Notes under the pieces: model-generated
Database searches by the model: none
Told to the model about the DNA's origin: nothing
The model's input: the letters and a program-made list of their open reading frames with translations, nothing else
Assembly (NCBI RefSeq): GCF_018350175.1
Contig: NC_058383.1
Span: 23,314,001 to 23,378,000 of the forward strand
Source of the DNA: Felis catus
Lineage: Eukaryota
Direction of reading: 5' to 3'
DNA: 64,000 nt
In this document: positions 48,891 through 60,690 of the stretch, one piece after another
Layout: the number at the start of each line of letters is the position of its first letter
Numbering within the stretch: position 1 is the first letter of the stretch
Made by a program: the position numbers and the translations under genes

Positions 48891-49519
48891 GAGGGAGCAG
48901 CCCTGTACGTATCATGCATACTGAAAACCTAAATTGAAATGAAGTCAAGAGATACTGCAAATGATGGCAAAAGGAGCCTCAAATAGGGTCTCTGGTCCTA
49001 TGAAACAACAGGATCTCTCAGATGCTTTGGTTGATGAGAATGTGTTCGATCCAGAGCCCTCACCTGATGGCCTCAAGGAAGAACGGATGACAGCGTACAA
49101 ACCAGGAGGGCTAGACAGAGAGCATCTTGGGAACCCCCCAGTATGTGGCAATAGTCCCCACACATCACCTTGCCTCCCAAACTCCATGCCTGGGAGATCT
49201 CCAGGTCAGGAGCGTTTCCCCTGCAGCTCCAGGGAATGCAGGCCTGGTGTGGGAGACAAATGCAGAGGAAGGCCGCTACAGGCAAAGGACAAAGACAAAG
49301 CTGCAGAAAGAAGCACATCTCTGATGACTAGGTACTTGGGACTCAGCAAGGAACTTGGGCACACGGACTACAAAACATGTGTCCAAAACTGTGCCTGTTT
49401 CTTCCAAGTGAGGGCTGTTGTCCAGGGATTTTGGAAACAGGGAGAAGGGGGAGGGAAAAATGAAGGGAACTCCTTTCCATACAGAGAACAAAAAGGACTG
49501 TTTGTCCCACTAAGGTACG

Positions 49520-50040
49520 TAAGGTCAAGCCACTCATTTGTTAGAAACACAAATTTCTGGGCTGCAACCCGATGCACAGGTATCAGGATGTCTAGGGGAA
49601 GGGCCCGGGAAGCTATATGCTTGACAAGCCCCCCAGACGATTCACACCAGCAGGGAAGTTAATGAAACAGTGCCCAGGGACAGTGGCTCCCAACACTGGC
49701 TGCACAGTAGAATCCACTAGGAAGGTTCAAGACACAATTCCTGAGCCCCACAAATAGCAGAAAGATTCCTATTTATTGGTCAGGTACGAGGCTCAGATAC
49801 CAGTTTTTGTTGGTGGTGGTGTTTTGTTCGTTGGTCTTTAGCTCTCCTGGTAATCCTGTTGGGCAGCCCAGGTTGAGAAGCCTGGGCTAGTTCCTTAGTT
49901 TCCAAACCTACCAGGTGACCAGAATCACCTGCGATGCTAAATACTAATTTTACCATCTAGACCAATCAAGAATGCAGATTCCCAGTCCTCAGCTCTGAAA
50001 GATGAGGGTAAGACAGGTCTGGGGAGGGCCCTGGGAACAG
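49520..50040. mobile_element. Cluster of about three adjacent MER5-like MITEs
   Basis: Repeated MER5 termini: 'aagccccccagacgattc', 'cagtggctcccaacactggctgcacagtagaatc...gggcagcccaggttgagaa', 'gtttccaaacct...agaatcacctg...aatgcagattccc'. Confidence 0.65.
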
Positions 50041-51704
50041 ACACAGTTACAGTATCCAGTGGGACCACTGATTTACTTGACTGGCTAGTCAGAATTCTCT
50101 CCCAGGAAGACAAGTCCACATCATGTGTTAGGACAGAGATGGGATGCTAGGAAGCCGTAGCTTTCCAGAAACAGTGTGTGCTCATGTGTGTGTGTGTATC
50201 AGGGGGAGGGGGATAAAGGTGATGACAGAGAAAGCCCTCAGCCATCATGTTACTCTCCGGGTTTACCTTGAACCAAGAGGCAACGTTCTGAATGCTCACC
50301 GTTATTATTCTATAAAAGAAACACCTAACGAGGTCTCAGCTAGCAAACACGTTTTCTTTTTTCTTGTATTTTTTTTCTTTTCTTTTCAACCTGTGCTCAC
50401 CACTGGTCTGTGTAGGCCCTCCCTGGCTCTCATGAAGAGAACCTTGTCCTCCTTGAAGCCCACTCCCTCCCCCACGCCATAGACAACGCAGCCCCGTGTT
50501 TTTAGGATCCCTCCGTATTGTTTTCTGTGTGATCTCAGGGATGCACAGTCTCTGGGCTTTGCCTCTCCACCCTCGCAGTGACAGACATGGAGACTGCCAC
50601 CACAATTAATGCTGTGGGGAACCTTCTCGTCCATGTCCCCTCCTTTGGGAGCAGGCCTGCTGGTGTAGGGTACAAACACTCCACCTGATGATGCTGCCAG
50701 GTGCATTTTCTTCAGCAGGACGTAAGGCTCCTGGATCGACCCTTCCCCACCCACACTTGGCATTATCTAGCTTTGTAATTTTGCCAGTCCACAGATGTCA
50801 AGGGATATCTTATTATTTTAATCTACATTTCTCTTATTATTAAGTGAATTTGAGAATCTCTTCATATGTTTGTTCACCTTTTAGATTTCACATTTTCTTT
50901 CATACCAGTCTGCCTCCTATGGAATTAGTACCAAATTAATGTCCCTTCCTACCAGGCGCCCTTCCAGAGAATTCTATTAGAGAGGGGGTCTTCCCATATC
51001 TCCTCCCTGACTATGAGGGCTAAAAGGAGGGGGCTGGCACTAGGGGTGTCCTGTAGAACAGAGGCAGGTTCCCCTGCTGGCTGCTGCTGCTGTCCATCCC
51101 CATACGCAGCACAAAGCATGAAAAGAGGCCTCGCACATCCCGCATTGTCCAGGGCCCCAGCCCTAAACTGCTGGCCCTGACCAATTTCATGCTCCACAGC
51201 CCATCCGCTCCCTGATTCCATTTCTCAAGTGCCCCACCTTTCCTCTTGGACCTTACCCTGACCTCCCAATACCATGAGGATTAGAGTTTCATCATATTAA
51301 TTTGGGGGGCGCACAAGTAACAGAAACACACTAGAGAAGTCACTGGAAAGCTGCTGGGGTATCAGGGAATCAATGGAGGCTTTGGGTATCCAGTCCTTGG
51401 CAAGGACAGGAACCAGGAACATTTGGGGGCTCCCAGAAGTGGGCATGTGTACCTTCCCCTGGAGCAGTGACCCCCCAAAATGGTGTGTACACACCTTTGG
51501 GAGTGACAAGTCCATCCCCTGAGATACAGGAAGAAAATACTCAAATTTCTATTTAGTTTTATCTCATGTTAACTTCTTCCTATTTTTATTTGCTTTACAA
51601 TACACATAACACTATTATGTTTGTGTAATTTATAAATAAATAAATGCACACCCACTGGAGTATATGATCAAAATAATTGTTGGAAAAAAGAGTATGCCAT
51701 CTAG

Positions 51705-51875
51705 GTCCTTGCTGCTCAAAATGTGGTCTGAGAGCCAGCGGCACAGGTGTCACCTGGAAAGTGTTAGAACACAGAACCTCAGCCCCCACCCCCACCCCCT
51801 GACATTCTAAACCAGAAGCTGCGCTTGAACAAGACCCCCAAGACCCCGTTTGACTGGTGTGCAAGAAGAGCATTA
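51705..51875. mobile_element. MER5A-like MITE
   Basis: 'tgctgctcaaaatgtggtct...ccagcggcacaggtgtcacctggaaagtgttagaacacagaacctcagcccccacccc'. Confidence 0.8.
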
Positions 51876-53559
51876 CCCTGAATGGAGTGTGACCTTTGAC
51901 CTCTGTCCATAGAAAATTCCAAACTCCCAGAGGAAGAAGCTGATTGGTCTAGCTTGGGGCAAGTGTCCACCCCTAGACTATCAGCTATTGCTGGGAGGGG
52001 GGTCAGGATCACTAGGCAGGAACACGGCTGCTGAGAGCCACTTCTGTGGACTGAATAAGTGATCTAGGGAAGTCCAGAAAAGAAGTATCCACAGCACAGG
52101 TGTTTGGCAAACATCTGGCCTGTGTCCGGGTATGCCCAGATTCCACAAGCAGGATTTGGGTGACTGCACCCCGTACAAACCAAACCCTAAACTCGTATTG
52201 AGCAACTCAACCTGGCCTCATGGGAATGAGCTTCAACCTTGTTACTTGATCGTGGGGTTCAGTTTCCGTTTCCAAAGACAACTGAACGAGCCCAGGCCTG
52301 GCTAGGACTGGTGGGTCACAAGTTACACATTGTGTCTTGTTGTATAATCTAATTAATGTGCTCTGCCCTGGTCCCTCCAGTTCATAAAAGTTTAGGCATG
52401 GGCATCAGTTGGCTCAAGAGCACCATGCTTGTGAAAGCAGGACTTCATTCTCTTGTCCTTTCTCTCTCGGGGTCCCTGGTGGGATGCCCCCCCACCTCCA
52501 TTGCAGATCTGCTGTCCTCTTTCTCCCCATGTGGCTCCCACGTGTCCACATTTGGTGTCAACAGAGATGCCTGAAAGGGTCTCCCCACCCGAAAATGTCC
52601 ATGCCAAGTGTGCTGTCTTTGGGTGCATCTAACACCTCCAAAACTCAGGGTCCCAGGTGGTTCTGGGTTCTTTGCAAGAATAAAGAGGAAGGGGTTCTTC
52701 CCAATTCTCTAGGCAACACCCTGTGACCCGAGGACTTGGAGAAAATACGCTTCAGCCTAGAGTTTCTTAAATTGTCATTTCCACAGCTCTGTCAGCTCCT
52801 AAATCCAACCCCTAACTCTGGAACAGGAGATTTCTCTTCCCTCCATTGTCCCCTACCACACTCCTTTCTCCTCCCATTTAAGAGCAAGCTTCTATGGGTA
52901 TGACTGGATATGGAGAGATCGGGGCAAGGAGGAGGCACAAGGTGGTTAGGGAGAGACTGAGTGTTTTCTGCACCAGCATCAGCTAGTAAAAATGCCCAAT
53001 TACACGTATAACCTTATTATTTTCTTATCACTCACTACCCCCAGGTAATTTGCTTTTCTTAAATTGATCTGTGTTCCTTGGTAAAGTGCCATGGCAACTA
53101 CTCCTGCAGTTTGGAGCCCGGATTCTGTGAGCTGGTAGAAATGAACAGGTCGCATAGGGATGGGCAGGGCAGGGCCAGGAAGTCACCGAGGTCTGGTGGG
53201 AAGGATCTGTGAGCCTCCACGCCCAAGCCCGGCAGGGAGGCCACTTCACAGTGGCCACAGCGTCACGCAGCTCATGCCTCTGGTTTGGTTTTGTCTGCAT
53301 CATAAATGCTTTGTTTGTTCTAAGTAAATATTCAGCGATGCCCAGCTCAAAAGCTTCTGCAACTGAACTGTTTCCCACCACCCCCTGACAGGCATCCCTC
53401 AGAAGTACTGACACACAGGAACTTTCGTGTTTTCAAATGTAGGCAAACTGCAAACTGAGACCAGTCTAGAGCAACAGCATCATCTTCTGGGGCCGGAGCA
53501 GGTTGTCAGGCCCTTGTTTTGCCTCAGGGAAGAGCCAGCTGTGCCCACACTCCTTTGCT

Positions 53560-54621
53560 TGGACAAAGACTGTTACCAGAAGCAAACATGAGTCCTTACA
53601 TTGTAGGTTAAATCCTGTCTAAGAGGACTTAGGCCTTTGTGCCAGTTCTACAGCCTAATGATGTGCTACCCTTCATCCACCTGTGGAGTCTACCCAACTA
53701 TCTTGCCCCTAACTGATCATATTCCCCCTTTCCTTTGTTTCAGGGTAATGATGCCTTTCAGATTTCCCCTCAGCCAAAGGCTTGGGCCCTGGGCTATTTC
53801 TTACCATTTCTTTCTTCTGCCTCAAGCATACTATACATTCCTTTTTCTTGGCTTCGCCTTGAGCTTTCTCTTATGCACACAGCCAGGCCAGAAAAGCCCA
53901 ATGGACTCTCCCACACGTTGACTTGGTTGGCCATGTGGACTTAGCTCCATTCAGAAGACTGTGTCCTCCCCAACTCCCGTGGTGTCCCTCAGGCAGTGAC
54001 CACAGTCCTGTAGTCCTAAGCCTCCTCCCAATAGGAAACTGCACACTGCAATAAGAAACTGATTCTTGGGTCAATGGCCCAATAGATGGGTCAATGAATA
54101 TGCTTTAACGCATGTCTCTCCTCCCATCAAGCTTGCTAAGTAGAGACTTTCTAGCTAACGTCAACTGAGAATTTCTGCCCTTGTACTATCTAGGTACCCA
54201 TAACTAGTATAATTATTCCTGGGGCTCTGCATTCTGGGGTTGACCAATTTCAGACCAATCTGCACGATTATATCTTCAGGATATATCTTCAGGTTATATC
54301 TTCAGGAACCACTCCTTCTGAGGATGGTAACACCACTACAGCCATTTTTTCTTACTGATGTAATTTAATATAACTAGAACAAGTCTTGCATAAGCATTAT
54401 CTATTTAATGTGGAGATAAGTATCATATATTGGTTAAGACTTAGCCCTTCATGGCTTTTCTCCCTTCTTCGAAGTAAACTAGTAAAAACCCATCCTCTTT
54501 CCCCATACGCCATCATGAGCTTTCCAACAGCTGTCTCCAAACCAGTTTTTACTGATGAAGGGACTAGTAATCTATTTTCAGTTGATCCAGTACCTCAGGT
54601 GAAATAAAACTCTGGGAGGGA

Positions 54622-54654
<33 letters not shown>

Positions 54655-54950
54655 TTTGCACCAGAATTATTTAAAACTTCGCAAATTGTTCACATCAGCT
54701 CACGAAGCACAAGTTTAGCATAGCCTGCCATCTAAAGGGATGACCTCAGTACTTCCTGAAAACATGATTCATTATTTTATAGGAGACCTTCTCAAAATAT
54801 TTGCTAACTTTACGTTTAAGACATTTCAGGATTGCATCTTCCGTCCATTATCTTACCTGAGCAGCAACCGGGACTGAGCATGCTTTCTCTTCTACTGATC
54901 ACCATTACACGTTCTTGCACCTAACAGAAAAACAAAAATCATTTGCAACT
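53560..54950 (-). mobile_element. Highly decayed Gypsy-type LTR retrotransposon internal region (gag, zinc knuckle, protease)
   Basis: Minus-strand translation fragments in the expected order: FI..HL.GTGSTENRLL...LETAVGKLMMAYGERG...RRREKSHEGL (gag-like, about 54610-54440), CGHC..EGH (about 54004-53982), KIVG*TPQV...VLLD (protease-like, about 53705-53617). Needs frameshift corrections; identified by eye. Confidence 0.45.
54268..54306. repeat. 13-bp tandem triplication (w)tatatcttcagg
   Basis: ttatatcttcagg atatatcttcagg ttatatcttcagg. Confidence 0.95.
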
Positions 54951-55114
54951 CACCTTGGTCCTTGATCCCATGGGGAGGAGGTGGCTACAAATAGTGCAGA
55001 CACACATCTATCCACTCATTCAACAAGCTTTCCTGTGGAGGCCTGCAAAGGGCCAAGGTCGTGGGAACAAAAATCAAACAAACAAACAAACAAACAAAAA
55101 CACCTGGTCCCTGA

Positions 55115-55270
55115 CTGCACAAAAGTGATTTCCCAAACCAGGAGCAATTATTAAAAATATGGATCCCAGATTCCCACCTCAGGATTTCCGAGTGAGTCAG
55201 ATTCTCTAGAGGTGGGGCCCCCACAAAGTGTCTTAACAAAGGCCTCAGTGCATTCAGACACAGCCAGGTC
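55115..55270. mobile_element. MER5-like MITE
   Basis: 'agtgatttcccaaac...ccacctcaggatttccgagtgagtcagattctctagaggtggggcc...ttaacaaaggcctcagtgcattc'. Confidence 0.6.
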
Positions 55271-55386
55271 CAGCCATCTGTACAATGGGAGAAATCCTAC
55301 TGACGGGGGTACCAGGGAAGAGACAACTCAGGACAAGGGGACTGATCCCGTGGTAGCACTTTGGATGAGGATCTGTGAGGGGGGGG

Positions 55387-55935
55387 TTATCAGTCAGGGT
55401 CCAGTCAGAAGGCAGGAGCCAGACCAGTGACTGGGGGTTTAGGATAAGGACTGTTAAAGAGGCATAAAGTGGGAAACTAGGAAACAGGAAAAAGCTAACT
55501 CCAAGGCATTACAGAGACATCTGCCGCAGGAGAGCAGCCACCACCACTCCAGTTGGGGCAACAAGGGAAGAGGCTGGAATTATTAAGGCTCAGCAGGCTC
55601 GGGAGGACCCCATGGTTCTGGAACCCAAATCTGGGATGCTGGCCAGTCAGTGGACTCTCAGATCAGACTGGTTCCGTGAAAAGCTACAGACTGGATCCCG
55701 GCCAGAGAAGTATTGTTAAGGAAATGTGCAAGGGAACAGGAAGAAGCAAGTCTGATCTTCCCTCTTCCAGCTCCTCAATTCCCGCCCCCCCCCCGCCTCT
55801 AGCGCCCCCTATGGACAGAGCCTAACTTGGAGCAGCTGGCACCGCAGAAATGTGGTGACCAAGTCCTGATCCCAGCACTACAGGGATAGAGAGGGCTGGG
55901 TTTGGAAGTGAGAGACAATAATTTAACAACTGCAC
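55387..55935 (-). mobile_element. LTR41-like ERVL solo LTR
   Basis: Minus strand starts tgtgcagttgttaaattattgtctctcacttccaaaccc and ends ctgactggaccctgactgata; internal ctagcgccccctatggacagagcctaac; all recalled LTR41 hallmarks. Confidence 0.8.
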
Positions 55936-56679
55936 AGTGGATGAAAGAAGAGAAAGGAATTTATTCGGGAGGCATCGTGCTACCTTACAAAATGGAATTG
56001 TACTCAATCCTCATAATCCGATGAAGAGAAAGCCCAGAGAGGTCAATTCACCTGTGAAAGGTCACACAGCAAGTGGCAGAATTGGATTAGTCCCTATTAA
56101 TTCCCTGAGTTGACTCCAGCCCTGGCAAAAGACTCAATTAGGGTGTTATTCTTCCTTCCGCAATTCTTTTCCCTGGAATTGGCTTCCATTCCACCTCACC
56201 CTCAAGACAGGCTGTGTGTGCCCCAGATATAATTTAGTTATGTAAGAGGTAAGTTTTCTTTTCCTGATCTTCTGAGTTTACCAGGATTTCCATGTAACTG
56301 AAGTGTCAGTGATGACTGTCTCAACTGGATGGATGATGGGGGGGCAGTCTCAAGCTGGAAGTCAAATCACCTCAAATAACCCCCTCTAGAGCATAAGAAT
56401 GTGACCACCACTCCATTAGTATCCTGGATCCCATCTCTGGGGGCTTCTCCTGGGGGTGGTGAAGGGGCAGGTGGGACAATGTTCACATGGTGCGATATGA
56501 CAGAGACAGAGGAGATCCGTGGTGAAGATAGGCCGTCCCCGTGAGGACAACAGACAGGCTCCTAGATGCTGACACAAGGAAGTCAAAGCTGACTGGAGTA
56601 ACGAGTATCCATGGACCTGCTCCAGTGGAGGCTGGGCTAGTTCACCCTTAGTTCACTTGCTTAGAATTAGACTTTGGAC

Positions 56680-57060
56680 CCCACTGGCTCCTTTCTCGAT
56701 TTCTCCTCCTCTATAAAAGCAAATTTGAAAACCTTCCATAACCCCACATCCTCCTCCAGACTTTATATGGCATGAGATCCTTTAAAAAGTTGTCCACACT
56801 CACAGTATCCCCCTCTTAACCTTCCACCCTCGCTGATCTGGCTTCTGCCCCCACTTCTCCATAGAAACGGTTCTGACTAAGGTGACAAATAATCTACTGG
56901 CTCGTAAATGCAATGGGCCTTTCTTAGTCCTTTTATCACTTGACTTCCAGTCAACGTTTGGCTTCCATTTTGAACCATTCTCTTCCATTGGCTTCCAAGA
57001 CTTGGATGTAGATACACGTCCATTCTACCTTCCGGCTCTGCATCAGTGAAAGTTCTTTAA
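56680..57060 (+). mobile_element. L2 ORF2 (RT) fragment
   Basis: Translates as 'SGFCPHFSIETVLTKVTNNLLARKCNGPFLVLLSLDFQSTF', matching the L2 RT pattern SGF...HSTETAL.KV.NDL...LLDLS.AF. Confidence 0.8.
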
Positions 57061-57124
57061 TCTCCAGCAACAAAAACCAACTCTGAGGGGCAAATAAACT
57101 CATCAGAAGGCTCTGAACTAGTTC

Positions 57125-57604
57125 ATGGCATGCAGTTGATTCAGTAATAGCTGATTCTTCACCCTTCCCCGTATCCACACTCTTTAATATGAGGCTCCTC
57201 CCGCCCCTGTAACTTGCTTTGACCAAATGGACACTAGCAGCTGTGACACGAAGAGAGGCTTGAAAAAGCATTGGCACTTCCCATTCTTTCCCCTGCTCCT
57301 CTGTCTTTATCTTGAGAACATGCCCTGGTGACTTGCTGAAGGATGAGACATGTTGGATACAGCTGGGTCACCCCACTTGTCCCACAGAAGCCACCTGGAA
57401 CCCAATCAGTTCCCAGCTGACCCCCCCAGAGATATGAGAGTCCAGCAAGCACCAGTAGTTGTTTTGTGAACCTTCAACTAGCTGCAGATTCAGGAGCGGA
57501 ACTACCAGGAGTCTCTACCGGAAGACCACCTATGTGGTCCACAGTTTCATGAGCTGGATAAATGCCTAGTGTTTTAAGTCACTGAATTTTGGGACGGGTT
57601 GTCC
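57125..57604 (+). mobile_element. MaLR LTR (MLT1G/H-like)
   Basis: 'tgtaacttgctttgaccaaatggacactagcag...gcttgaaaaagcatt...gttttaagtcactgaattttggg'. Confidence 0.7.
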
Positions 57605-57990
57605 ATTAGCTTGTTAGGGCTGCAATGACAACCTGCCACAGACTGGGTGGCTTACACAACAGAAAAGTATCTTCCCGCAATTCTGGAGGACAGAAGTCCA
57701 AGATCAAGGTGTCAGCACACGTCTCTCTCCCTGGTTTGCAGATGGCTATGGATGGCTGTGTCCTCGTGTAGTCTTTCCTCTGCGCACACGCATGCCTTGA
57801 TTCTCTGTGTACCCGGATTTCCTCTTCTTATAAGGATATCATTCAGGTTGGATGAGGGCCCACTGTAATGACCTCATTTTAACTTAATCAGCTCTTTAAA
57901 GGCCCTGTCTCCCAATACAATCACATTCTGAGGTCCTGGGGCTTAGGACTTGAACTCTATGAATTTGGGGAGGATATAATTTGTCACAGT
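57605..57990 (-). mobile_element. MaLR LTR (MLT1A/B-like)
   Basis: 'cacagactgggtggcttacacaacagaaa...ttctggaggacagaagtccaagatcaaggtgtcagca...atgacctcattttaacttaatca'. Confidence 0.85.
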
Positions 57991-58643
57991 TTGGCACACC
58001 ACATTCTTATGGCAATAAATATCGGCTATATGCCAAAGGAAAAGCTCAAAAACTCCCAACAGGACAGGAAAAGGTAGCGCTAAGGATCCACAGAATAGGA
58101 TCTAGTAGACAGTCTCTTCAAGCCGTTGTGTTCAGGGTGAACCAGCTTTTTTTTTTTTTCTTCTCCTTTCTTTCTTTTTCTTTTTCATGGGTAGGAAGGT
58201 TCCTTGTGTCATTCTCAATAGTTAGGTTCCAGAGAAAGAATCTGACTGGCCCAGCCTGGGATCTGTACCCTTCACCAACACCCTGATTCACAACCCCACC
58301 AAAACCACATGCTGCGGCAGAGAGGTGGTTCCCAAAAGCAATACTGAAATACAGTTGCCAAAAAATGGGGCATGAATTCTGGGCAGAGGCAAGGAGCAAC
58401 TTAAGTCAACTATGAGCTCTGGCTCTTTTTCCTGGTTTTATAACATCCACTTTGTCCACAAGCCAGGATATGAGGAACGCTGGCCCATGTTGGATGACAG
58501 ACTGAGCACCCCAAAGATTCCTAAACAACTGGAATCACAGCACAGAGCTGGCAGGGTGGAAATGAATAGGGATCAATGTGAAGGCCTGTACATGAGTCCA
58601 AGAGAAGTAACAGCTGGTGAAGAACAAGATAAGAGTGTTGGTA

Positions 58644-58854
58644 GGGGCGTCTGGGTGGCTCAGTCTGTTAAGCGTCCGACTTCGGCTCAGGTCATGATCT
58701 CACAGTTCATGGGTTCGAGCCCCACGTTGGACTCTGCTGACAGCTCAGAGCCTGAAGCCTGTTTCAGTTTCTGTGGCTCCTTCTCTCTCTGCCTCTCTCC
58801 TGCCCACGCTCTGTCTCTCAAAAATAAACAAATGTTTAAAAAAAAATTTTTTTT
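58644..58854 (+). mobile_element. SINEC_Fc
   Basis: TSD aagataagagtgttg. Confidence 0.97.
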
Positions 58855-59029
58855 AAGATAAGAGTGTTGATGCTTAATGGTAGCGTGTGTGGACAACGCC
58901 ATAAGCTACTACGGGAGGGGCTGGCCAAGGACGGTGGGCTGACGCAGGGCTCAAAGAAAGAGCAAAGGAATATTGCCTGGTCCTGATACTACCTGAAGTT
59001 CTGTGTGGCTCGCCTGGAAGAATATAGCC

Positions 59030-59250
59030 TAAGACTACTGGTTGAGCGCCTGTTATATACTAGCACTGTTCTAGTGCTTTGCCTGGATCATCTCAGTTAA
59101 TCAACACAAGCACACAGTGCTCTTATTCCCATTTTACAGACGAGGTAAGTGAGTCAAGGAGAGGTTAAGTAGCTTGCCCAAGGTCACACAGCTGTGATGA
59201 AGCCAGGTTCGGACCCAAGCAATCTGACTCCAGAGCCTGTGTTCATAGCT
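59030..59250 (-). mobile_element. MIR
   Basis: 'cccattttacagacgagg...gaggttaagtagcttgcccaaggtcacacagct'. Confidence 0.85.
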
Positions 59251-59760
59251 ATTAGCGAGACTGGCTCCTGGGAAGTGGGACAATGATACTCTGCTCTTAG
59301 GTGGGGGACAGGAGGGAACAGCACCTACTGTGTGCTATACATGCTAGGAGCTTTAAGACACATGAACTTATTCCCTCTTGGAAGATAAGCATTATAGTCC
59401 CCATTTTAAACATGGGCCTTCATAGGAAAGGAAGGAGGATGTCTGGTTGAGTAGCTGAAGGAATTGGTGGACTTTTACTTGAAAGTGCCCCTTCGAAAGG
59501 CGTACATTTAGGAGCGAGTAGGGCAAATACTTGAGGGTTGTCAGGATTGAGTTTACTCTGTTTAGCTTCAAGAGGATGGAGTTAGGGCAACAGGTAGAGT
59601 TTACAGCAATGTAATTTGGTCTCAAAGTTATAAAGGTCTTTCTGATAGCTTATTAATACTTACAATCATCCTAAATATAATAGTACAAATATTAAACCAT
59701 TTACTAAGCATTTATTATGTGCTAAGAACTGCACAGTCATTATATATATATGGTCATTTT

Positions 59761-59984
59761 ATTTATTTAAGTTTATTCATTTATTTTGAGAGAGAGAGAG
59801 AGAGAGAGAGAAAGCGCGCACGCACAGGTGGGGGAGGGGCAGAGAGAGAGAGAGAATCCCAAGCAGGCTCTGCACTGCCAGCACAGAGTCCAATGCAGGG
59901 CTCGAACCCCTGAAACTGTGAGATCATGACATGAGCCGAAATCAAGAGTCAAACGCTTAACCAACTGAGCCACACAGACACCCC
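59761..59984 (-). mobile_element. CAN-SINE (older variant)
   Basis: Antisense body; TSD tatatggtcatttta/tatattgtcatttta. Confidence 0.95.
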
Positions 59985-60019
59985 TATATTGTCATTTTAA
60001 TAATAAAATCACAGTAACG

Positions 60020-60205
60020 GTTGTTATCAAGCACTTACTCTATGCCAGGCACTGTGCCACAGCTTTGAATGGTAGGCACTATTATTATTCCCATTTTATA
60101 AATGAGAAAGTGAGGCACCGAGAGATTAAGTCAAGGTATCCAAGGTCACACAGCCAGGAGAAGGTACATGAATCCACCAGTCTGTCTCCAGGCCGGAGTT
60201 CCTAA
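60020..60205 (-). mobile_element. MIR
   Basis: 'aagcacttactctatgccaggcactgtg...attcccattttataaatgagaaagtgaggcaccgagagattaag...caaggtcacacagc'. Confidence 0.85.
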
Positions 60206-60479
60206 CAGTCATGCCGCATGGTCCCTCTGGAACAGCAGTGAGGAATCATGGGCGCATCAATGGGAAACACCGGAGTTCCATTACCTAGTGTGTGACTGTC
60301 CTGGCTGAAATCGAGGCCCCTCCCACCCTGGGAACCTAGAGACCAGGAGCACAGACCCAGTGAATAAGAGCAGATAAACCCCTGACACAAATGGACCTGC
60401 AGGCCCTGCCCCGCCCGGCCCCCTGGGCCCAGGCTGCAAGGCCAGGATACTCAAGGCACAACTGTCTCAGCCCTGCTGA

Positions 60480-60690
60480 GACCACAGCGCGTGTGTTTTA
60501 TTAAAAGGAAGTGTTTACCCGGCCTACTCCTGGCAGAGCTGCAGTGGCAGTTTATTAGGACTTCATTTGGAGTGTAAATTGTTGCTGGTTTATAAAAAGG
60601 TTCTGCAGAGCAGCTCCACCGGGATGGCCCCAATCCGCAGCACAGGGCATGTGAGCCTTTAACTAAATCATTGATTTCCCTCTGGAAGGA
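60480..60690. promoter_or_regulatory. Candidate enhancer with posterior HOX/CDX, ETS and FOX motifs
   Basis: TTTTATTAAA (60496), AGGAAGT overlapping TGTTTAC (60506-60518), TTTATTAG (60551), TTTATAAAA (60589), aaatcaTtgattt (60665-60677), in non-repeat sequence. Confidence 0.4.

Noticed and set aside
54603..54652. AATAAA followed 14 nt later by A30 as the 3' end of a processed pseudogene on the plus strand
   Set aside because: I found no convincing upstream TSD and no recognisable parent gene; the tract fits as well as an expanded T-run or polypyrimidine tract in the minus-strand gag-like relic.
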